IMG/VR virus record: IMGVR_UViG_3300021431_000086 | Coordinates: 32,001 to 96,000 of that record | DNA from: a virus | Taxonomy: Duplodnaviria; Caudoviricetes | Length of the DNA: 64,000 nucleotides | Direction: 5' to 3' (one strand) | Part shown: positions 57,414 to 64,000 of the stretch, in pieces | Numbering within the stretch: position 1 is the stretch's first letter | How the letters are laid out: every line of letters begins with the position of its first letter | The notes under the pieces: model-generated | The model's database searches: none | What the model was told of the DNA's origin: nothing | The model's input: only the letters and a program-made list of their open reading frames with translations | Position numbers and translations under genes: made by a program

Positions 57414-57734
57414 TCATGACTCTCTGTTGTTTGTTTCAAACCATACAGGGATGCCGCAACTGCTGGCTACGTCCAACTCCAGCTTCGCCCCTTTGGAGTG
57501 CTCCCATCCGCTGAGCATATAGATGATGTCGCAGTCCACAAGTGCGCGAATATCGACCCTCATGTGCTCATGCCAGTCCGCCTCCTGAGACAGCCCATTC
57601 TCGAAAGGGTTGAACACGTCGTAGCCTTTCAGTTGCCAGTAGTCGGCTGCCATCTTGAACCTCCGGCGGCGCTCGTCGAGGTCCATGTGGGCAATCTTGC
57701 CCGAGATGTAGATTTTCAGTTTCTTCTGTCCCAT
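57414..57734 (-). CDS. DUF4406-family protein (nucleoside deoxyribosyltransferase-like fold)
   Basis: KIYISGKI...F.....G..VFNP...W.EHMR.DI..L..CD.IYML.GWE.SKGAKLE..VA. Confidence 0.85.
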   Translation of the reverse strand: MGQKKLKIYISGKIAHMDLDERRRRFKMAADYWQLKGYDVFNPFENGLSQEADWHEHMRVDIRALVDCDIIYMLSGWEHSKGAKLELDVASSCGIPVWFETNNRES

Positions 57735-57736
57735 AG

Positions 57737-58105
57737 TTATAATGAGATTTTGGTTACATTGATTCCCGCGTTGTCGCCAAAGGTCTCATTGAGCCATTTC
57801 AGGGCCTTCATAGCTGCTTCCTCCTGTTGCTCGATGAGCTCCTTCACCTTGGCTGCTTCGGCGAATTTTTCTCGTTTTACCAGGTGGGGGAGGAGTTTCC
57901 TCAATTTCTCCACCTCTGCGAATTGCTCTTTCACCTTTGTGGCGGAAAGCATAGAGTACACCTTGAAGAGTTCCACCTTCAGCACCAGAAGGTCGTTGGA
58001 CTGATTTCGTAGCCGGACAAATGCGAACGCAGCCATAAAGGTCATCGCTGCGTAGGTGACAATGCCCATGACGAGGGCAATGGATTGAAGTACTTCGTTG
58101 TTCAT
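57737..58105 (-). CDS. hypothetical membrane protein with UVR-like helical motif
   Basis: N-terminal TM; LV..EKF.EAAKVKELI. Confidence 0.6.
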   Translation of the reverse strand: MNNEVLQSIALVMGIVTYAAMTFMAAFAFVRLRNQSNDLLVLKVELFKVYSMLSATKVKEQFAEVEKLRKLLPHLVKREKFAEAAKVKELIEQQEEAAMKALKWLNETFGDNAGINVTKISL

Positions 58106-58154
58106 CGTTTTATTATGATTTCGTTGGTAAATACATATTTCTTCATCATGTCGG

Positions 58155-58382
58155 TTATCTGTTGACGTTATACCGATAACTGATGCGTCCCTTTGTGAGA
58201 TCGTAGAGGGACAACTCTACATTCACTCGGTCGCCTGGCATGATGCGGATGTGCCGCTGCCGCATTTTGCCGCTGAGCATTCCAAGGATGCTCACACCGT
58301 TGTCCAACTCCACACGGAAACGGTCACCGCCCAATGCCTCAGTAACCTCACCCTCAGCAATAATAAAATTCTGCTTACTCAT
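58155..58382 (-). CDS. infA: translation initiation factor IF-1
   Basis: MSKQ..I..EG.VTEAL....[16 protein letters not shown]...[23 protein letters not shown], a full-length IF-1 signature. Confidence 0.93.
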   Translation of the reverse strand: MSKQNFIIAEGEVTEALGGDRFRVELDNGVSILGMLSGKMRQRHIRIMPGDRVNVELSLYDLTKGRISYRYNVNR

Positions 58383-58444
58383 GGCTGTATTTTTCCCTTA
58401 TATTGTTATAAACCCGATTAAACATAATATCCATTCGCATAATT

Positions 58445-58834
58445 TCATTTCTTCATCCTCTGTCGTATTTTTCTGTCCTCATCGCGACGGCGGTTCATCT
58501 CCATGATGTGGTCGTAAAACTCACGATCACACTCCGTCTGTTCTTGAGCCTGCCGTTGTAGCTCCTTGGCAGCCCCCTGTTGCTCGGGCGACAGCGTTGC
58601 ATCTATAGGCAACTCAGCCAACATGTCGGCCAGCAGCTTGGCATAGTGGGCCTGTCGGCGGCGAACCTCCTCTTCCCACTTCCGCACACGTTCCACTTCT
58701 TTCCGGCAGGCCCGCCAGTAGGCTTTGCGTGCTGCCTCATGCGACGTACCCTGGTACACCCATACCACACGCCCCGTGAGGCACGAACGGCGGATGACTA
58801 TGACCTTTCTCTTCTTCACCTTGCAATATTTCAT
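58445..58834 (-). CDS. hypothetical basic protein
   Basis: 129 aa, TAATG-coupled to the primase stop. Confidence 0.6.
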   Translation of the reverse strand: MKYCKVKKRKVIVIRRSCLTGRVVWVYQGTSHEAARKAYWRACRKEVERVRKWEEEVRRRQAHYAKLLADMLAELPIDATLSPEQQGAAKELQRQAQEQTECDREFYDHIMEMNRRRDEDRKIRQRMKK

Positions 58835-61800
58835 TATTCCAAGACCTCATTGGCCCTGGCCTCCGGGTCCTTCTCCGGAGCTGCCTGCACATATCCCTCT
58901 TCATATTCCTTTCCCTGCGTGTAAGGCTTTGTCGGCACTTCACCCGGCCTGTTGCGGTAGAAGTAATGCACAAAAACGTGGTTGCTCAGTTCCCTCGGCA
59001 GACGCTCGCCGGTGCTGACCTCGCGGCGATATTGGTTCTTCACCATCTTCTCCAGCGGGCGACCGAGGCCGTCGAGTTGGGTCATCCATGCCCGCATCTG
59101 TCGGCCACCATGACGGCGGTACGATGCCGTAGTCAGTACCACGTCGGGGTCCATGACGATGCCCATGCGGTTCAGGCAGGGCTTCAGGTACTTTGCGATG
59201 CGCTTCTTGGTCTTCTCGATTGTCTCGTAAGTGACCGCCTCTCCCTCGCTGTCCAAGAGGCTGATGGCCATCTCCTGCGGCGGGATGGGCTGACCAATAC
59301 GCGGATTGTCGGGCACATCCTCGAAGTATTGCAGCATCCAGTCGGTCAGGCCGCCGTCCTTGGTCATGGCGTAGAGTTCGCGGCGCAGGCTGCGCGCCTC
59401 GGTGGGCGGCAGGATGACCTCGTTGGGGTGCTGCAGATAGAACTGTGCAAAGGCCAGCAGCAGGTTCTGCACCTCGTTGAGCAACGCGGGTGGCAGGTTG
59501 CGGGCCACCTCGGCCACACCGTACTTCTCCTGGAAGTCGTCCTTCGGAGCGTGGTCGAGCCAACGTCCATCGTCTGTGGCGGCATGGTAGTAGTCAGAGG
59601 TGTAGCAGGGATAGATACGTCCCTTGGTAGAGCCTGACGAGCGGTCGAAAGGTTTGTTTGACGTGAGGAACACCTTCGGCACCTCGTCGCCCGTCAGTGT
59701 GATGGGCTGCTTGTAGAGTGTCTTGCAAACTATCTTCGTGCCGATGTTGTAGATGTCCTCCACGTTGAAGTTGTTGGGAAGTTCATCGACACAGACGAGG
59801 GTGTGCAGGCCGGCCACTACAGAGCCGAACAGAACCTCCATCGAGATATTCTTCATGCTCTTGCCGGCGACGTTGGCCGACGACGGGCGCACAAGTGCCA
59901 TCAGGTCAATGAAGGCAGTCTTGCCGTTGCGTCCACTGGCTTTGTTCTCGTCCGTCACGCTATAGTCGGTCATGTGAACAGTCTGTTGGCTGGCAAGGCT
60001 CCTGTGCCGCGTGATGGCATAGCCCACAGCGTGTGCCTTGTTAATGAAGTGCATGTCCTGCATCTGCCGCTCCACGGCTGTCAGCGTCTCGCCAAACGAT
60101 TCTTTCTCCCAGAAGATGCGACAGGTGTTATACACGAACTGGAAGTGCATCGGCATCTCATCAAAGGGTTTGTCCATGATGAGCCTGTACTTCCACAGGT
60201 TCTCGTAGTTTTTCCAGCGCAGGTTCTCGGCGGCTCGCATGGCGGGCGTGGTGCATTGCTTGCTTATCTCTTCGTGCCGCTTCCGCTCAGTTTCATATTT
60301 AGGATTGATGACGATACGCCACGATTGTTTCATTTCTTGGAACTCGCCCGGCATGATGGCTTCCTCGTTCGTCACCCACGCCAACTGTTCGTATGCCACA
60401 GCCTTGATGCCGTCCTTATCGACGCGCACCGCTGTGTTCTCGAAGAAGAAATGGTCGAACGTCTCGCCCCACGAATGTTCGTTGATGGATGTCGGGGGCA
60501 TCGTGCTCATCGTCCTTAGGTCGAGCCCCTTGCCCGTGAAGATGGTGTTGACGAGGTTGGCCTTGAAGGGCGCATCCTCCTCGCTGATGTGTGCATCTAT
60601 CCAGTCGAGCATCGCCGTGCGGCTCACGGCCTCCAGTTGGCTGCCCGTCCGCGAGGTGTCAAGGTAGCGGTATGTGTTGTGGAAAGAGAGTTGGTAGAAC
60701 GCACGTTGTCCGCGCTCGTCGCCGTGACAGCGTATGCCCTTCGCGTCGAGGAACTGCAGGAGGTTCGCCACGCTCAATACATAGCGCACGTTCTTTTCCT
60801 TCTCGTCGCCCTCGCGTGTCTTCTTCGTCGTCGCCTTGTCAATCCAAAACTGCATCGTCAACGCATTCTTCAGCAGTCGCATCAGTGCTTCCGATGGGTT
60901 TGCCTTGCGCAAGTCCGGCGCAAACCGCTTCTGTATCTGCGGGAAATGCGTCACGAAGTCCGTCACATCCTTCAGGGGTTTGCCACTGTGCCCGTCGGTT
61001 TTGCCGACAGGTTCTGCCATCTCCCTTGGCAACCTCACCCAATGCACGTTAGCGTTTTCAAGCGCAATGCTTCCGCTGCAAGCCACACCCGTCTGGTCCA
61101 GGTCATAGCACACATACACATCCACCGCCACCTGTGTCATTCTCACCAGCAACGCCCTAAGCCATTCGTCAAGCACGCCGTCGTGTATGCCGGCCAACTC
61201 ATTGTGTAGCCATAGGACGTGTGCGTCCGTCGCTGCCCACATCTGCATCGCATCCCTCGGCCCAGAGCACAGGCACAGACGCTTCATCTTATAATATGTG
61301 CGTGCATCGCCCTTCTCATCCTTCCCTATTATCTTCACCAGCGGATGCCGCAAGTCCTTCTGCACGTCAGCCCACCAAGGGCTTCCACCTTGCTCTCCCG
61401 TGTGCTCGGCGATTCTGCCGCCGAAGGCTTCCAGCGCAGCCATCGCCGTCCGGCTGCCATATACCTTCGTCCCCACATCTTCCTTGCTGTGCCAGTACCA
61501 TTTGTTGCCAGTCTTGCTCCTCGGCTCGTACTTCTTCACACCCCATTCGTATGGCATGACAAAGATGGGGTATGACGGACGGCTCTTGATGCAGAGGGAA
61601 ATCTTGCCACCCTGCTTCGGCTCCGTGGCTGCCGTGACGAACGTATCTACGGGATAGGTCCTGAACTCACGTTCCACCACCTCGCCCCACTCTGCAGCAG
61701 TGCGTGCCTCTCCCCTGCCCCGCCAGTATTCGCGATCCAGCGAGCAACGGTATAGCGGTTCGGGGTTGCCGTCGGGCGAGTGCCATAGGCCGTCGGCATC

Positions 61801-62316
61801 GGGCTGCGAGAAACGTGTCACCTGCTCGCCGTCCTCGCCCTGCACGGTAGCCAACTTCACCGTGAAGCCCAGCGCCCGCAGATGCTCCGCCGTCCACGGT
61901 GTCAGGTCATAGTCGCAGTCGGACTGTGCCTTCACCACCGTCGTGCGTTGTTCCGGTGTCGTCGGTGCCGTCCCCTCAATCTCTACATTGTGATCGTCCA
62001 CTAAGCGCTGGCATACCTTCTGCATCTGTTCGCCCGTCAGCGACGTGTGGTCCAGTCCCATCAGCGCCGCCTGCAGCGCAATGGCACCATATCCCGCCTT
62101 GTTGCAACCGCCACAAATCCAACCAGGCGCATCATGGCCGCCATCGGCCTGCTGCTCCACACTGAACGACGGATTTGTATCGGGATGATGGAACGGACAA
62201 TGGTACAGCACCCTCGCACCTGCCTTCTTAGGCATGTGGGCCGGTTCGTAACCGTTCATCCGCATCACATCCACCAGGGAGATATTCTTCGGTATATGTT
62301 TGTCTTGTTTGTTCAT
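58834..62316 (-). CDS. primase-helicase (CHC2 zinc finger + Toprim-like + P-loop NTPase)
   Basis: CPFH..D..PSF...CGGC; CSGPRDA...YDLDQTG...KDVTDF; Walker A SGRNGKT and Walker B VCVDE. Confidence 0.85.
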   Translation of the reverse strand: MNKQDKHIPKNISLVDVMRMNGYEPAHMPKKAGARVLYHCPFHHPDTNPSFSVEQQADGGHDAPGWICGGCNKAGYGAIALQAALMGLDHTSLTGEQMQKVCQRLVDDHNVEIEGTAPTTPEQRTTVVKAQSDCDYDLTPWTAEHLRALGFTVKLATVQGEDGEQVTRFSQPDADGLWHSPDGNPEPLYRCSLDREYWRGRGEARTAAEWGEVVEREFRTYPVDTFVTAATEPKQGGKISLCIKSRPSYPIFVMPYEWGVKKYEPRSKTGNKWYWHSKEDVGTKVYGSRTAMAALEAFGGRIAEHTGEQGGSPWWADVQKDLRHPLVKIIGKDEKGDARTYYKMKRLCLCSGPRDAMQMWAATDAHVLWLHNELAGIHDGVLDEWLRALLVRMTQVAVDVYVCYDLDQTGVACSGSIALENANVHWVRLPREMAEPVGKTDGHSGKPLKDVTDFVTHFPQIQKRFAPDLRKANPSEALMRLLKNALTMQFWIDKATTKKTREGDEKEKNVRYVLSVANLLQFLDAKGIRCHGDERGQRAFYQLSFHNTYRYLDTSRTGSQLEAVSRTAMLDWIDAHISEEDAPFKANLVNTIFTGKGLDLRTMSTMPPTSINEHSWGETFDHFFFENTAVRVDKDGIKAVAYEQLAWVTNEEAIMPGEFQEMKQSWRIVINPKYETERKRHEEISKQCTTPAMRAAENLRWKNYENLWKYRLIMDKPFDEMPMHFQFVYNTCRIFWEKESFGETLTAVERQMQDMHFINKAHAVGYAITRHRSLASQQTVHMTDYSVTDENKASGRNGKTAFIDLMALVRPSSANVAGKSMKNISMEVLFGSVVAGLHTLVCVDELPNNFNVEDIYNIGTKIVCKTLYKQPITLTGDEVPKVFLTSNKPFDRSSGSTKGRIYPCYTSDYYHAATDDGRWLDHAPKDDFQEKYGVAEVARNLPPALLNEVQNLLLAFAQFYLQHPNEVILPPTEARSLRRELYAMTKDGGLTDWMLQYFEDVPDNPRIGQPIPPQEMAISLLDSEGEAVTYETIEKTKKRIAKYLKPCLNRMGIVMDPDVVLTTASYRRHGGRQMRAWMTQLDGLGRPLEKMVKNQYRREVSTGERLPRELSNHVFVHYFYRNRPGEVPTKPYTQGKEYEEGYVQAAPEKDPEARANEVLE

Positions 62317-62320
62317 CGTC

Positions 62321-63099
62321 CTAAAACAGCGTCAACTGTTGTCGTTCCCGTTCTATGCGCTCCTGCGCCTTGTCGTAATATTCCTTGTTCAGCTCGAAGC
62401 CGACGTAGTGCCTCTTTTCCTTCAGACAGGCGATGGCAGTCGTGCCACTGCCCATGCAGTTGTCCAATACTACCCCCCCCCCGAATTGGTATAGGTGCGA
62501 ATGAGATAGCGGAGCAGGTCAACGGGCTTCTGGGTGGGGTGAAACTGCTCCTCGTTACAATGCACAGCCTTCACAGTGATAATGGAGCGCGGATGTTTCT
62601 TGTCTTCGTATGTCGGATTGATGCGTCCCACCTTCCCATAGCATGAGTTCTTTTCCACATGGTCGCCGTGACCTTGCGGATGATTAGGCTCACGTCCGTT
62701 CAAATCTTCCATCTGAGGATTGTAGGTTGGTAACTTCTGATAGAACACACAGATGTCTTCGTGATAACGCAGCGGCATTCGGTTGGCATTGAGAAAACCC
62801 GTAGCACGCCCTTTGTCCCACACCAGATTATACCTCCACATCTTCGGATTGCTCATCATCAGCTGTGCCGTGAACATCCCTTGGGCGAAGAGCACGATGG
62901 CAGCATTGGGCTTCGTAATCCGCTTGTACTGCTCCCACAGCGGCTCCATCGGAATCATCCTGTCCCATTGCGCATTCGGGTTGTTCCGATGCAACACCCC
63001 GTATGGCAGATCGCAGATTACCGCGTCCGCCATCCCGTCAGGAATCATCTTCATCCCCTCCAAGCAATCCATATTATATATAGTATCAAGTTCTATCAT
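62321..63099 (-). pseudogene. beta-class N6A/N4C DNA methyltransferase, frameshifted at a G10 tract (possible phase-OFF state)
   Basis: N-terminal part IYNMDCLEGM..DLPYG...HPTQKPV.L..YLI.TYTN stops right after G10; the shifted frame continues VVLDNCMGSGTTAIAC...YVGFELNKEYY to TAG at 62321. Confidence 0.88.
62473..62482 (-). repeat. G10 homopolymer inside the MTase gene
   Basis: C10 on the + strand at the frameshift point. Confidence 0.9.
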
Positions 63100-63116
63100 A
63101 TCCTTTCTTTCTTTTG

Positions 63117-63193
63117 TGGGAGTGTGTGGAATCGAACCACCGCTCAGCGCCAATCTTACTTGCCCGTTGCCCATTTACGGGTCTTTCACTCCC
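63117..63193 (-). ncRNA. tRNA-like element (acceptor stem and T arm, non-canonical middle)
   Basis: GGGAGTG...GTGGTTCGATTCCAC-A-CACTCCC-A, 77 nt; no canonical D or anticodon arm. Confidence 0.55.
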
Positions 63194-63290
63194 ATGTGGC
63201 TGCGCGTCCGGCGCTTTTACTCCTTTCCGCACAGCCTGCCGTCTTTCCGGCTGTCATCCGAGAACCTCCACACGGATAAGCGCGTGGACA

Positions 63291-64000
63291 CTATTTCTTA
63301 TTCATCCGCTCCACCACCTGCAGCATCATGTTCAGGCCGACGGCATCCATCGCGCTGCCACTGCCAGCACCGTTGCCCATGATTATTTCAGGCACCCAGC
63401 GAACTTGGCTCTGCGCCAGTTCGTGTGCGATGCCGATGGCTGTCTCCTTCTCGATGGTGGCGCGTTCCAGTGGCGTGAGTCCGGCACTGACGAGGGCGCG
63501 GTTGGCAGCGGCCTTGGCTTCGCCCTCTGCCTTGACACGCTTGGCTACTTCCTCGGCACGGGCGGCTTCCAGCCGGGCCACCTCAAACTCCTGTTCTGCC
63601 TTGGTCACGGCCTTGGCCTTCTCCTTCTCCTGCTCCCACTTGGCAGTCTCGGCGGCCTGCTTGCCCTGTTCCGTCACGAGGATGGTCTTCTGGATGGCTT
63701 CAAGACTCTTGGTCTTCGATGTCACCTGTGCCAGGTTAGCGGCTTTCTGTGCGTCAATCTGGTCCTGCGTCATCTTGTCGTACTTGATGTCGGTGATGCT
63801 GACGAGGTTGCAGACAATGCCGTACTGTGAGAAGGGACTGACCTCCTGCCGCTTGTAGCCGCCGGGGGCGTTGCTGTCCATAATCAGTTCGGCCTTTGCC
63901 ACGATGTCGCTGTCGCCCGTCAGTTCGTTGATGACCGTCATCTTGTGCATCTTGGTTTTATACACGCCGTCGTTGAGCTGGTCGGTGATGTACTGGATAA
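63291..64000 (-). CDS. SPFH/band-7 (flotillin-like) protein, 5' end outside the window
   Basis: Frame is open to the window edge; DQL..GVY...YGI....SITDIKYD, AE/KA-rich coiled coil, VPEIIMG tail. Confidence 0.75.
   Translation of the reverse strand, partial: IQYITDQLNDGVYKTKMHKMTVINELTGDSDIVAKAELIMDSNAPGGYKRQEVSPFSQYGIVCNLVSITDIKYDKMTQDQIDAQKAANLAQVTSKTKSLEAIQKTILVTEQGKQAAETAKWEQEKEKAKAVTKAEQEFEVARLEAARAEEVAKRVKAEGEAKAAANRALVSAGLTPLERATIEKETAIGIAHELAQSQVRWVPEIIMGNGAGSGSAMDAVGLNMMLQVVERMNKK

Noticed and set aside
62470-62472. TAG readthrough as the explanation for the truncated MTase
   Set aside because: The missing motif I lies in a different frame; readthrough gives YWTTAW..., which is not MTase-like.
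63117-63193. Canonical tRNA gene
   Set aside because: There is no recognisable D arm or 7-nt anticodon loop, and the T stem has a mismatch; it is reported only as tRNA-like.
1-64000. Stop-codon reassignment as seen in some Bacteroidota phages
   Set aside because: Long genes are intact in code 11, and TAG, TGA and TAA all end genes at sensible junctions (e.g. TAG at 17040, 18956, 42016).

Overview
This 64 kb window is part of a tailed dsDNA phage or prophage genome, probably a siphovirus. The host is most likely Bacteroidales (Prevotella-like), judged from TAnnTTTG-type promoters, A/C-rich leaders and the gene families present. The standard genetic code is used. Layout: (i) 1-4.4 kb, a minus-strand array of small accessory genes behind a host-type promoter and a C4/CI-like structured leader; (ii) 4.7-42.5 kb, virion and lysis genes in an unusually scrambled order and orientation (portal, tape measure, DUF6712-like, S49 protease, capsid with Ig-like extension, tail tube, M15 endolysin, CotH-like/LRR protein, tail fibre, PI-PLC-like protein); (iii) 42.6-64 kb, a minus-strand early/replication region (Dcm, TrpF-like, many small ORFs, IF-1, primase-helicase, beta-class MTase, SPFH). 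Main observations: an 8-copy late-promoter-like motif (YTGCCCTTGA-N19/20-TAnnTTGC-like) heading each virion gene block, twice as back-to-back inverted pairs; a DNA methyltransferase switched out of frame by a G10 tract, preceded by a tRNA-like structured RNA; SD-like AGGAGG junctions between early genes together with a phage IF-1; and scattered 7-mer and 9-mer micro-arrays. No terminase, integrase, reverse transcriptase or CRISPR array was recognised. All product calls come from motif recognition by eye, not from database searches.
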